Of a stretch of 64,000 nt of DNA, positions 20,005 through 30,005 are shown piece by piece. Each line of letters starts with the position of its first letter. Position 1 is the first letter of the stretch. Below the pieces are notes generated by a model. The model searched no databases. It saw only the letters and a program-made list of their open reading frames with translations, and was not told the DNA's origin. This DNA comes from Terriglobia bacterium (GTDB taxonomy: Bacteria; Acidobacteriota; Terriglobia; JAJPHL01; JAPKYU01). The stretch lies in contig CBDBKE010000004.1 in NCBI GenBank assembly GCA_965206645.1, positions 1,376,001-1,440,000 of the forward strand, given 5' to 3'. The translations under genes and the position numbers were made by a program.

Positions 20005-20305
20005 ATGCTCTCCTGTCTGTTTGTCTATGGCACACTGCAACGCGGCCAGCCGCTGCACCATGAGCTGGTGCGGGCGAGGGCCGAGTGCGTGGGCTGCGCT
20101 CGAATGTCCGGCCGGAGCTACGGCCGCCGGCGACCACGTGATCCCCGGTGAGCTCCATCGCCTGCCGGAGCCTGAGCCAGCGTTGAGGCACCTGGACACA
20201 GTGGAAGGCAGGCAGTTCCACCGGGCCACGGTGCAGGTCACGCTCGATAATGCGGAACTGCAGCAAGCGTGGGTCTATTTTCTCAAACGGCCACCGCCCG
20301 GCTGA
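20005..20305 (+). pseudogene. Gamma-glutamylcyclotransferase (AIG2-like), frameshifted
   Basis: MLSCLFVYGTLQRGQ in one frame; IPGELHRL...LDTVEG...AWVYF in another; switch near 20110. Confidence 0.75.
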
Positions 20306-20409
20306 AGCCGGCAACACCTGGTCAGGTTTCAGCGGCTGCTCTGCTATACTCCGATTTCCCGTGGAGGCCCTGCCTCTCGGACCTTCAGATTCTTTCATCG
20401 GACGAACCT

Positions 20410-21123
20410 ATGGGCTCACAGCCACAAGCCCAGCCGCAGCCGGAGTTGCTGAGCCGGGCTTCCGCGGAGCAGCTGGCAGAATTGTTGAAGGTTCTGGGAG
20501 ACCCACACTTGCTGCTGGAGGCCGGGCTGCGGCTGGCGATGCAAGTGGTGAGTGCGAAGCGAGGCCTGGCATTCGACACGGCAGGCCAGATGGCTAGCGC
20601 TGGCATGACTCCGGAGGCGGCGGAAACCATCCGGAAGGAAAGGCTGGGCCAGCTGTTGGTGGGGGCTGGCGTGCGCTGCTACTCGGGTCCCGGGTTCGCC
20701 GACCCCGTTGCTGAGGGCGCGGCGGCGGTAGTGGGCATGGCGGTGGTCATCAGCGCCCCAGGGGGCGCCTCCGTGCTGGCGGTCGAGCGCGACCAGCGGC
20801 CCTTTGATCCTACCGACCAGCAGGTTATGGCCGAGATGCTGCACCTGCTCGCGCACCCCTTCGAGCAGACTGCAGCAGCGACTCGCCTTCGCCGAGACGG
20901 CAAGCTGGGCCCAAACGGCGAGCCTGAGGCCCGCAAACTCAGCCCGGCGGAACTTCCTCTGGACAGGCTCGAACCCTCTCCGCTACTGCAGGAAATGGAG
21001 CGGCTGCTGATCCGGGAGGCACTGAACCGTTGCGGCAATAACCGCACGCGGGCGGCGGCCGCCCTGGGACTGACCCGCGAAGGACTCCGCAAGAAACTCA
21101 ACCGCTACGGAATCGGCAGCTGA
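20410..21123 (+). CDS. Putative regulator: GAF-like N-terminus plus Fis-type HTH
   Basis: C-terminus LQEMERLLIREALNRCGNNRTRAAAALGLTREGLRKKL; no Walker A or GAFTGA motif. Confidence 0.75.
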   Translation: MGSQPQAQPQPELLSRASAEQLAELLKVLGDPHLLLEAGLRLAMQVVSAKRGLAFDTAGQMASAGMTPEAAETIRKERLGQLLVGAGVRCYSGPGFADPVAEGAAAVVGMAVVISAPGGASVLAVERDQRPFDPTDQQVMAEMLHLLAHPFEQTAAATRLRRDGKLGPNGEPEARKLSPAELPLDRLEPSPLLQEMERLLIREALNRCGNNRTRAAAALGLTREGLRKKLNRYGIGS

Positions 21124-21440
21124 AATTGCTGCCGGAGCCGGTCACCATAGATTTCAGCAAAGTATAATTCCTAACGGAAGCCTACCTTCCGCCGCACCCT
21201 GGAGTTGGGCGGCGAAGAGAAACCGGTTCGAATGAAGCGCAGTTCCCTGATTGAATATTTCGCGAAGCGCGGGTGGCCTCGTTAGCAGCTTCATGAAGGC
21301 CTCGAAGTCCCATCTCCAACCAACTGCTGGAAAACAGCTTAATTGCCCCCATGCCGGTGGCACCTCGGCAAGCTCTTCGAGCGAAAGAACTGCGAGTGTT
21401 CGCAAGCCGTTCTGAGCGTCCGGGCAACCCTATCCCAACC

Positions 21441-21983
21441 TTACTTGAACCCGCGGCGCCGCTGCTCGCTGTAGCGGCGCAGGGCGTCCTCCATGATGGG
21501 ATAAGCCTTCGCCGCCGGTTGGATCTCATCCACTTCCACCGCCTTTCCTTCCAGTTGCTTGTAGTCCTGGAAGAAGCGGCGCAGCATCATGAGCCGGTGG
21601 GGCGGCATCTCGCTGGCTTCCCGGAAGGCTGTGAACTCCGGGTCCTGGGTAGCCACGCCGATAATCTTGTGGTCCTTCTTGCCGGCGTCGATCATGGTCA
21701 TCAACCCGATGGTGCGCGTGTGAATGATGGTGAGGGGCACGACCGTTTCCTGGCAGAGCACCAGCACGTCGAGCGGGTCATCGTCCTCAGCCAGCGTCTG
21801 GGGAATGAATCCATAGTTGGCAGGATAGTAGACGGCCGAATACAGCACGCGGTCGAGTTTGATCAGGCCACTCTGCTTGTCCAACTCGTATTTGACGCTC
21901 GAGCCGGAAGGGATCTCGATGACGCTCAGGAACTCCTGAGGGATATTTTCACCGGGCGTGATGTCATGCCAGGGATGAATCAT
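21441..21983 (-). CDS. ppa: Inorganic pyrophosphatase (family I)
   Basis: [31 protein letters not shown]. Confidence 0.97.
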   Translation of the reverse strand: MIHPWHDITPGENIPQEFLSVIEIPSGSSVKYELDKQSGLIKLDRVLYSAVYYPANYGFIPQTLAEDDDPLDVLVLCQETVVPLTIIHTRTIGLMTMIDAGKKDHKIIGVATQDPEFTAFREASEMPPHRLMMLRRFFQDYKQLEGKAVEVDEIQPAAKAYPIMEDALRRYSEQRRRGFK

Positions 21984-22125
21984 GCTGAGGTCCACTCCTC
22001 GCAGCTCGGGTGCACATGCCGCGGAGCATTCGGTACGGCCGAGCGCAATTCCAGCGCGATCCTTCCCTGCCCGGCCTGCCCGGCCTGCTCCCTCGGGCGC
22101 CCGGCGCCTGCAACTGGCGGCCATG

Positions 22126-22509
22126 CTACCATGCAGCGATTCGCCTCCGCCGAAATCTCAGTCCGTGCAGCCCCCCGTGCAGCGCAAGGATGAACACACA
22201 AAAGCCTGCCGCGCTCCAGGCCAGCAGTCGCTCGGAGACGTTCGGATACACCAGTGCCTCCAGATAGTGGATGAGGAAAGACTCTTGATATGGCGCCATT
22301 CCGGCGCGGCTCTGCGCCCACTGCTCCACCAGAGTTAACGGACACCACCAGGGGCCCAGCTCAATCACGATACTATAGAGCAGCGACAGGATGTGGAGGG
22401 CGCGCAGCCAGGGCCGGCTGCGGGTCAGCAGCCAGCCTAGCGCCACCCACACAATCCAGGCCAGATGCAGTGTCAGGACAGCCGCGGCCAGTGCTAAGTA
22501 GAGATTCAC
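22126..22509 (-). CDS. DUF2784-family membrane protein
   Basis: LHLAW...LH...CPLTLVEQW...FLIHYL pattern. Confidence 0.8.
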   Translation of the reverse strand: MNLYLALAAAVLTLHLAWIVWVALGWLLTRSRPWLRALHILSLLYSIVIELGPWWCPLTLVEQWAQSRAGMAPYQESFLIHYLEALVYPNVSERLLAWSAAGFCVFILALHGGLHGLRFRRRRIAAW

Positions 22510-22596
22510 AGCAATGCGACACCCCTATTGTAACAGCCTGTACCGCAGGCGCCCGAAGCGCAGTAGAATAGACGGCCAACACGCAGGAGGTTCCGA

Positions 22597-23010
22597 ATGG
22601 CCGACAAGACCCAACAGGATAAGACCCACAACAGTGATGCGGATTGGCGGGCCCAGCTCACCCCCGAGCAGTACCACGTGACCCGCCAAAAGGGCACCGA
22701 GCCGCCGTTTACCGGCGAGTTCTGCGACGCCAAGGACCAGGGCACCTATGCTTGCGTCTGCTGCGGCCAGCCGCTGTTCAGCTCCGAGGCGAAGTTCGAT
22801 TCGGGCACGGGCTGGCCCAGCTTCTATGCGCCGCTGGAGGGGGACAACGTCGCCGCCCACCCGGACCACAGCCTCGGCATGGCGCGCACCGAGGTGACCT
22901 GCGCCCGCTGCGACGCGCACCTTGGACACGTCTTTGAGGACGGCCCTCGTCCTACCGGGCTGCGCTACTGCATCAACTCAGCCGCTCTCGACCTGCACGA
23001 AAAGGAGTAA
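22597..23010 (+). CDS. msrB: Methionine-R-sulfoxide reductase (Cys form)
   Basis: [28 protein letters not shown]; two CxxC zinc motifs. Confidence 0.97.
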   Translation: MADKTQQDKTHNSDADWRAQLTPEQYHVTRQKGTEPPFTGEFCDAKDQGTYACVCCGQPLFSSEAKFDSGTGWPSFYAPLEGDNVAAHPDHSLGMARTEVTCARCDAHLGHVFEDGPRPTGLRYCINSAALDLHEKE

Positions 23011-23141
23011 TGGCCGCGAGTATACTGCCTGAAGAGGGTCTGGGGGCGATGCTAGAAGTAATCTGCTTTCTCACCTACAAGCCCGACTCTCAGTCCGCTA
23101 TCCCCCCGAAGAGGCCTTGCCGATCTGAGCGCGCGCCGGGT

Positions 23142-24458
23142 TCAGACCAGCTCCTTGATCGGTACACCGGTCGCGTCGTCAATGGAGTTGGCGATCTTGA
23201 CCGGACGCCCAATGGGCGTCATGTAGGTTTTCTCCCAGTCAATTCCGAAGGCCTTGTAGATCGTCGCGTAAACGTCGCCCATGGTGACCATGCGGTCGGC
23301 CACATAGGCGGCTCGCTCATCGCTGGCTCCAACGACCTGCCCACCCCGAATCCCGCCACCTCCCAGCACCAGAGACCAGCATTCCGGCCAATGGTCCCGG
23401 CCGTGGTTGGGGTTGATTTGGGGCGTGCGGCCAAACTCGCCCGTCGCAATGACGATGGTCGATTCCAGCAAGCCGCGCTGCTCGAGGTCATCCAGTAAGG
23501 TCGAAAGAGTCTGGTCCAAGCTGGGCGCGAGGGTCTCGCGGTGGCGTTTGTCGTTATCGGCGTGCGTGTCCCATTCGATGTGCTTGTACCCGGCCGCAGT
23601 CACAAAGCGGGCGCCGGCCTCGACCAGCCGTCGCGCCAGCAGCGTGCCCTGTCCGAACGGATTGCGGCCGTAAGCGTCCTTGAGCTTCTCCGGCTCTTTG
23701 GACATGTCAAAGGCTTCTCTTACCTTGGGGGAAAGGAGCATTTTCCAGGCCGCCTCGGTGAAGCGGTCCATCTTGCCGTACTCCGCTTCCTCGAACTTCT
23801 CGCGATACATCCGGTCCACGACCTTCAAAGCCGAAAGCCGGTCCTCGATCACCTGCTCGGAAATCGATTTGGGCAGGCTCAGATCGGGCACCGCAAAGTC
23901 GGGACGGCTGGGGTTGGGAACGACCATCGGCTCGTACTTCGGACCGAGATAGTAGGACCTGAAGAACCGTTCCAGGTCCAGGCGATCGGTCACAACGTAG
24001 GGAGGGATCTCATTACGCGGGCTCATTTCCCGGGCAATGATCGAACCCACCGAGGGGAACTGCATGGCCGGGTTGGGCCGATGCCCGGTGAGCATATAGT
24101 GGGTCGCCTGGGGGTGGTTGTTTTCCTCCGTATGCATCGAGCGAATGATCGCCAGCTTGTCCATGCGGCGCGCCATCTTCGGCAACAACTCCGAAATCTG
24201 GATGCCCGGCACATTGGTGGAGATGGGCTTGAACGCGCTGTTGCTGGTCAGCTTAGGATCCCAGGTGTCGATCTGGCTGGGACCACCCTCCAGCCACAGC
24301 ATGATGCAGGCCTTGGCCTTGCCGGTGGGCGCCAAGTTTTCCGCCGCCATCAGGTAGTTGCGCAGACTGATCCCCAGAAAGCTCAGCGCACCGACGCGCA
24401 GAAAATCCCGGCGTCCGAAGCCCGACTCCACACACTGGATACAGTTTGTCTTACTCAT
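23142..24458 (-). CDS. DUF1501 protein with twin-arginine motif
   Basis: GRRDFL, GGPSQIDTWDPK, LLARRLVEAG, WDTH, GEFGRTP, GRDHW. Confidence 0.93.
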   Translation of the reverse strand: MSKTNCIQCVESGFGRRDFLRVGALSFLGISLRNYLMAAENLAPTGKAKACIMLWLEGGPSQIDTWDPKLTSNSAFKPISTNVPGIQISELLPKMARRMDKLAIIRSMHTEENNHPQATHYMLTGHRPNPAMQFPSVGSIIAREMSPRNEIPPYVVTDRLDLERFFRSYYLGPKYEPMVVPNPSRPDFAVPDLSLPKSISEQVIEDRLSALKVVDRMYREKFEEAEYGKMDRFTEAAWKMLLSPKVREAFDMSKEPEKLKDAYGRNPFGQGTLLARRLVEAGARFVTAAGYKHIEWDTHADNDKRHRETLAPSLDQTLSTLLDDLEQRGLLESTIVIATGEFGRTPQINPNHGRDHWPECWSLVLGGGGIRGGQVVGASDERAAYVADRMVTMGDVYATIYKAFGIDWEKTYMTPIGRPVKIANSIDDATGVPIKELV

Positions 24459-24477
24459 GACGTTCTCCTGAATCTCC

Positions 24478-27069
24478 TCAGTGGTTCGTGACAAACTCCC
24501 TGGAGCTGATCACGGCCCAGACGATGTTTCGGATGGCCTCCGGCCGTGAAGCTCTGGTGCTGATCCACTGCTGCACATCCTTCTGTTCGGCCTCCGAAGG
24601 AAAGCGCGACAAGGCCGCAAGGTAAAGCTCCTCGATGATCTTCGCGTCGGAGGCTCCACTCTTTAGGAGGCGGTCAATGCGTCCGCCCTCCTTCGAAAGC
24701 TTCTCGGTGTAGGTCGTTCCGGCCAGCATATGCAGGGCTTGCTGTAGGTTGCTTTCGTTCTTGCGCTCTGGGACCGCCATCCGGTTCGGCATCCCATACA
24801 CTTCGAGGAACCGTATGGGATAAACATCAGGCTCAACCATACGGACCGCACGAGACCCCGGAGGCAGCGTGCCGGGCAAATGCTGCTTCGAGCCGTGACG
24901 CAACGTCTCTGGAACCCCGGTGGCCGAGGAAATGGCATCGAGCAGCACTTCGGCGTCAAGCTGCCTGGGGATGAAGCGTGAGTAATTGATGCGGTCATCG
25001 GCGTTCGTCTCGTTCGGCAGCCTGGAGAGCTGATAGGTCCGGGAGTTGACGATGGTTCGCATCAGACGCTTGAGATCGTGGCGCTTGAGATCGTGGCCAC
25101 CTTCCCGGAAGTCTTGGGAGAGCGCTTTCAGAAGCTCCGGGTGGGTTGGCGGATTCGTGGAGCGAAAATCATCCACCGGATCGACGATGCCCCTCCCGAA
25201 GAAGTATCCCCACATGCGGTTGACGGCGGCCTCGCCGAAGTAAGGATGCGAGGTCATCCATTCGGCCAGTTCCCAGCGCAGGTCCCCCCGCTCTGACTCC
25301 GGCAACTCTCGCCCATCGAGGAAAGTCGGCTGGACCACCGCTTTGGTCCGCGGATGCGTCACGAACTTGCTCCTTCCCGTCTGGCCATAGTCGACTTCCT
25401 GGCCGGCCGGGTCGTCGTAGAGCACCGAACCGTGCAGATTGCTATCCTGTGGACCAAACTTCACCCCACTCATCCGGCCGAAGAACGCGGTCAAGCCCCA
25501 AAACTGGTCCTGGCTCCAGGTCTCGAAGGGGTGATTGTGGCACTGCGCGCAATCGAATCTCCGTCCCAGGAAGACGCGCACCTCCTCGCCCATCTTCTGT
25601 TCCGGGTTCCGCTCTTCTCCGGCAGGAAAGTAATGGGCGGCGGCGGCACCGGCACCCTGCGCGGCGATTCGCTCACGGGCGATCTGGTCATAGGGTTTGT
25701 TCGCGGCGATGCTCGAGCGAATCCATTCAAAATACGCCTGTGCCGATCGCGGGTTAATCTGGTTCGCGTATCGGGCCACGCGGAACACGTCGGCAAAGCG
25801 GTAGGTCCAGAAGTCCACGAATTCCGGCGTGTTCAGCAGAACTTCCACCACCTTCTGCCGTTTCCGCCGATCCTTGCTGGCCGCAAACTCGCGCACCCGC
25901 TCGGTCGGCGGCAAGACCCCGGTCAGGTCCAGGCAGACACGACGCAGGAACTCGTTGTCACTGGAAAGCTTGGAAGGGATGATGTTGAACTTCTTCAGCT
26001 TGGCGAACACATAGTCGTCGATGAAGTTGTTGTGCGGCACTTTCGGATACCGCGCGATGGGCTTGCCAATCACGCCGACGCTGGTGCTCGTCGCAAACCC
26101 TGCCGCACGAACCATCACCGAAGTTTCCCCCGTCCGCGCCGCAGCCACCTGGCCTTGCTCATCCACCTTCACTACCTCGGAGTTGTTCGAGGCGTACAGC
26201 ACCTGGTCGCTGATGTCCTCCTGCTGGCCATTCGACAGATGCGCGGTCACCAGCAGTCGGTGTTTGCCCTCCGGAGCCAGAACCACTTCGCGAGGCTCCA
26301 CCTCAACCCGAACCACCCGCACGCCCTCCTTGTCGCCTTCCTCCCCGTACGGCACACCGTTCCGCACCCAGTTCAGGATCGTTTCGTAGTCCGCCGAGTT
26401 CGGACGCAAGGGCTGCCCGCCCCCGTGCGAAACACCCATCGTCGCTTTCATCAACAGCAGGCTCTTCTCGGGCTCCTTCAGGTTGATCCGCGGAATCTTT
26501 TCACCTGCCTCTGTGGTCAGGACCTGGAACGTCCCCCCTTCCACAATCCACTGGTAATCGTCGCGCGCGTACAGCGCGTTCAGAGACAGCTTGAATCCGC
26601 CCTTTCCCTTCACACCCCCGTGACAGGAGCTGTCATTGCAGCCGCGCTTGGTGAGGATGCCGCCGATATCCCGGGCGAAGCTGAACGGGCGGGTTTCCTG
26701 CGAGCCCTCCACTCGAACCTCGGTCTTGACCGACCGTCCTTCCAACGACGCCGTCAAGACCGCCGTTCCGTCGGCCAGCGCCACTACTCGTCCCTCGGCA
26801 TCCACCTTCGCCACCTTGGAATCAGAAATCGAAAACCGGCTCTCGGCGGTAACGTCTCGCTCCAGACCATCGCTGTATTTCCCAATAACCAGGAAATGCT
26901 GGGATGCCTTCGCTCCCCACAGTGTTCGCTCCTGCGGTATCAATCGCAAGGACCGCAGTTGGGGGGGGGCAGACACGGCCTGGGAAGCGCTCGACAGGCC
27001 CAGAACGGCCCCAACCAACAGGACCGTCCATCGTCTTTTCTGTCCGACCAACATTGTGTTCACCAACAT
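24478..27069 (-). CDS. DUF1549/DUF1553 protein with Ig-like repeats
   Basis: Signal peptide, GCNDSSCHGG, FLRRVCLDLTG, CAQCHNHP, NRMW...GRGIVDPVDD, PTHPELL. Confidence 0.92.
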   Translation of the reverse strand: MLVNTMLVGQKRRWTVLLVGAVLGLSSASQAVSAPPQLRSLRLIPQERTLWGAKASQHFLVIGKYSDGLERDVTAESRFSISDSKVAKVDAEGRVVALADGTAVLTASLEGRSVKTEVRVEGSQETRPFSFARDIGGILTKRGCNDSSCHGGVKGKGGFKLSLNALYARDDYQWIVEGGTFQVLTTEAGEKIPRINLKEPEKSLLLMKATMGVSHGGGQPLRPNSADYETILNWVRNGVPYGEEGDKEGVRVVRVEVEPREVVLAPEGKHRLLVTAHLSNGQQEDISDQVLYASNNSEVVKVDEQGQVAAARTGETSVMVRAAGFATSTSVGVIGKPIARYPKVPHNNFIDDYVFAKLKKFNIIPSKLSSDNEFLRRVCLDLTGVLPPTERVREFAASKDRRKRQKVVEVLLNTPEFVDFWTYRFADVFRVARYANQINPRSAQAYFEWIRSSIAANKPYDQIARERIAAQGAGAAAAHYFPAGEERNPEQKMGEEVRVFLGRRFDCAQCHNHPFETWSQDQFWGLTAFFGRMSGVKFGPQDSNLHGSVLYDDPAGQEVDYGQTGRSKFVTHPRTKAVVQPTFLDGRELPESERGDLRWELAEWMTSHPYFGEAAVNRMWGYFFGRGIVDPVDDFRSTNPPTHPELLKALSQDFREGGHDLKRHDLKRLMRTIVNSRTYQLSRLPNETNADDRINYSRFIPRQLDAEVLLDAISSATGVPETLRHGSKQHLPGTLPPGSRAVRMVEPDVYPIRFLEVYGMPNRMAVPERKNESNLQQALHMLAGTTYTEKLSKEGGRIDRLLKSGASDAKIIEELYLAALSRFPSEAEQKDVQQWISTRASRPEAIRNIVWAVISSREFVTNH

Positions 27070-27086
27070 CTCCTCAGCTCCGCCCG

Positions 27087-29060
27087 CTATGGTTCTTTCT
27101 TGGATCCTTCTTTTTCGGACCCTTCTTTTTTGGACCCTTCCGGCGCATCCCCTTCCGGCGCATCTGGCTTCAACACCGGCTTCAACACCATCAAGGGAAT
27201 CTCTCGAACCAGCGAGGGCGCGCCGATCTTCCCTTCCACAACAGACCGGGCCATCACACGTAGCACCTGCGGAAGGCGCGTCAGCGGAGCGTCGGCGCTC
27301 GCCGCCAGCAGAATGATGGCCTTCTGACTCTTCGGCAAATACAGCTCTTTTTCGCCATCATTGAGCGGATGTGGGGTCTCCTCTTCCACTTGGGTCGCGG
27401 TGGAAACACGGACTCCCGGCGGGAGATTCTCCACTTCCAGCGAGATGTCACCGGAGTAGCCTTCTTCCTGCTCGGTGATGACCGTGAGCTTTACGGCCTG
27501 CCCGCGAGCCAGATTGATTCGGCTTTCCTTTACCTCGATCTTGCCCATGTGCGGGATCTGGGGCCGGATCAGGATTCGGTATCGAAAGCTGGAGCTACCG
27601 TTCCGCGCCGTCAGGTCCCTCACCTGAAGGAGGTACTCTTCGTCGTTTCCGAACGCGTAGATCGTTTTCGGCTCGATTCGCTTGATCCAGTCATCGCCGT
27701 CGCCTGCAATCCACCGGTAAATGTTCGTCACCAACTCCCGCTCCCCGTTTGCGTCCAGCACTCTGATCTTCGGGTTGAAGACGGGCGGAGGCGCATCCGG
27801 TGTCTCGATTTCGAAGGCCAGCTTCCGCGCCCCTGCCACGCGAATCTTGAAGAAATCAACGTCGCCAGGGCGGTCAATGACGCCTTCCACCAGTGCCGGA
27901 AGCCTCACTTCGAGCGCCTGGTTGGGCGCATCGTTGGGTTCTTGCTCCGCCGCGCGGACAGCGGCGTCACTCGCAAATGCGGGATCGCTGCTCTGGGCCT
28001 TTGGCACATCTGGCCCAGTTGTCTGCGCGCCAAACGAACTGCTTTCCGCCGCAGCCTTCTCGGCTTGCTGCGTCGGCACGGTTCGCGAGAGCAGCAGCTC
28101 CAGGCGACTTGGCTCCAGTTTTCGCTCGAAGGAGCGCTTGAAAACGTCCACCGTGAACGATTCCTCCGGAAGGACGGGCGGAGCGTCCCCAGGGCCTGCC
28201 AGGAGCTGGTACGAGTATTGAGGACGGTAAATGTTGAGGAAGGAGCTCACGGCCAGCAGGTACCGGCCGGACTTCGGAAAACGGTAGCGAAGGACGCTGA
28301 CCGGTTCCAGCGCGATCGGCGGGTAGACGACCGCGAGCCGTCGCCCGCGATGGGCTTCGAACCAACTGCTGCCGGGTTCCTCCAGCGTGAGCTGCGGCCC
28401 AAATTGCCGGCCCGCTGCGAGGCCGTCTCCACCGGCGCGCATCACAGCGACGAACCGAAGCTCCTGGCCTTCGTCAACCTCGAACGAGTAGTAGTCGAGC
28501 TCTCCTTCCTGGCTGATCCGCCCTGTGAGTACCGCCGGCAGAGTCAGAGGCTGCGCTTCCGGCGGTGTACTGTGCGGGTTGCGTGTTTCGAGGACCACCG
28601 GCCCAGTATGGACGAAGAAAGAGAACTGGTTGGAAACACCCTTGGGAGACACCAGCCGTAGCGAGTGGCGCCCAGGGGGGGCGGCCGGGTCCACATTCAC
28701 TTTCACCGAAACCCGATGGCCGCGGAGTCCCTTTTTCACTTCCGCCTCATCCTCGGGCGTCACCTTCAGCTCGATCTCTTTGACTGTCTCCACCTTCCCC
28801 GTCAGCAAGGGACTGCTGAACCAAACCGCATGAGTGCCCTCCAGAACGCGGCCCTGAAGCTCGACTTCGACACTTGATCCCTGCTGTGCTGCCGTCGGGA
28901 AGATAGAGAGCAGCTCCGGGGTCTTGGGTCGGTCTTTCTCCTTCGCCTCCGCCGCGCCAAGCGGCACTTGGGCCACGAGCAGGCAACAGAAGAAAAGCGC
29001 CGTGATGGACACACGCCTCCGCGGTGTTGCGCTATGCACTGACGGTCGCACTCTCTTCAT
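27087..29060 (-). CDS. Secreted PPC (pre-peptidase C-terminal)-repeat protein, planctomycete type
   Basis: SIFPTAAQQGSSVEV, GELDYYSF, EQEPND, GDVDFFK; signal peptide. Confidence 0.8.
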   Translation of the reverse strand: MKRVRPSVHSATPRRRVSITALFFCCLLVAQVPLGAAEAKEKDRPKTPELLSIFPTAAQQGSSVEVELQGRVLEGTHAVWFSSPLLTGKVETVKEIELKVTPEDEAEVKKGLRGHRVSVKVNVDPAAPPGRHSLRLVSPKGVSNQFSFFVHTGPVVLETRNPHSTPPEAQPLTLPAVLTGRISQEGELDYYSFEVDEGQELRFVAVMRAGGDGLAAGRQFGPQLTLEEPGSSWFEAHRGRRLAVVYPPIALEPVSVLRYRFPKSGRYLLAVSSFLNIYRPQYSYQLLAGPGDAPPVLPEESFTVDVFKRSFERKLEPSRLELLLSRTVPTQQAEKAAAESSSFGAQTTGPDVPKAQSSDPAFASDAAVRAAEQEPNDAPNQALEVRLPALVEGVIDRPGDVDFFKIRVAGARKLAFEIETPDAPPPVFNPKIRVLDANGERELVTNIYRWIAGDGDDWIKRIEPKTIYAFGNDEEYLLQVRDLTARNGSSSFRYRILIRPQIPHMGKIEVKESRINLARGQAVKLTVITEQEEGYSGDISLEVENLPPGVRVSTATQVEEETPHPLNDGEKELYLPKSQKAIILLAASADAPLTRLPQVLRVMARSVVEGKIGAPSLVREIPLMVLKPVLKPDAPEGDAPEGSKKEGSEKEGSKKEP

Positions 29061-29407
29061 CGTCAGAAGCACCCGCTCAGATGCGTACCCCTGTTCAGTC
29101 TGTCGTCGGTAGCTTGGGTGCAGGCCTATCCCCCTCCGGAGAACTCCGTCTAATATCTTCCAACCTATTGACTTTAAATGTCAAGGCAATTCGGGATACG
29201 GTGCAGACGCACCCCAGTTGGCGCCTTGAATCCGAGGCCGGGCTATGGGCAGCAGGAAGAGAGCACCTACAGCCGGTATTTCAGGTCGGTCTGCTATCAT
29301 GACACCGTTTCTGTCGACAATCAGAGGGAGATTGTCAAAGTACTGGCCTAAGCGCGAGAGCAGGCCCGAAGGCCTGCCCGATTCGAAACCACAAGCGAGG
29401 TTTTCAG

Positions 29408-29887
29408 ATGAAGATTCGAAAAGTGCAGATCTGCATCATTGTGAAAGACCTGGAAGCGGCCATGGAGAAATACCAGCGTCTGTTCGGAGTCGGACCCTTT
29501 TCCGTCTATACGGTCGACACATCGCAGATGCGCGGAGTCACCTATCGCGGACAGCCCGCGAATTACCTGGAGCGGGTGGGTATCGCCAATTTCTCCGGCG
29601 TCCTGCTAGAACTTCTCGAATTCCAAGGAGGCGAGAGCATCTACAGGGAGTTTGTGGACAAGCACGGCGAAGGCGTGCAGCACATCGGGCTGGTTGTCGA
29701 GGACTATGAGGTTGCTTTCCAACAGATGCTCGACCAGGGATTCCATCACTCTCAGGGCGGTCCGATTGAGGGTTTAAACAGAGACGGGAGCTTTGACTTC
29801 TTCGACACCGAGAAGCAGCTGGGAACTACTTTCGAGCTACTGGACTTCCCGGAGCAACTGGCGGCGAGCACGAACCTGGAGGTGTGA
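29408..29887 (+). CDS. VOC-family protein (methylmalonyl-CoA epimerase-like)
   Basis: QICIIVKDLEAAM, LELLE, HGEGVQHIG, FELL. Confidence 0.85.
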   Translation: MKIRKVQICIIVKDLEAAMEKYQRLFGVGPFSVYTVDTSQMRGVTYRGQPANYLERVGIANFSGVLLELLEFQGGESIYREFVDKHGEGVQHIGLVVEDYEVAFQQMLDQGFHHSQGGPIEGLNRDGSFDFFDTEKQLGTTFELLDFPEQLAASTNLEV

Positions 29888-30005
29888 ACCCCGCCGTCCA
29901 AGTAGCAAGCAGCCTGCATGGGCCACGCCTGATCTTTGGAACTACCAGATCTTCGAAGGAACTACCAGATCTGCGAAATCTTCGAAGCTACAGGAGGTGT
30001 ACACC

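Noticed and set aside
25354-27327. 657-aa plus-strand ORF and other long antisense ORFs (13836..15140, 27369..28661, 35778..37217, 41208..42452)
   Set aside because: They shadow well-supported genes on the opposite strand, which is expected in GC-rich DNA, and carry no recognisable motifs.
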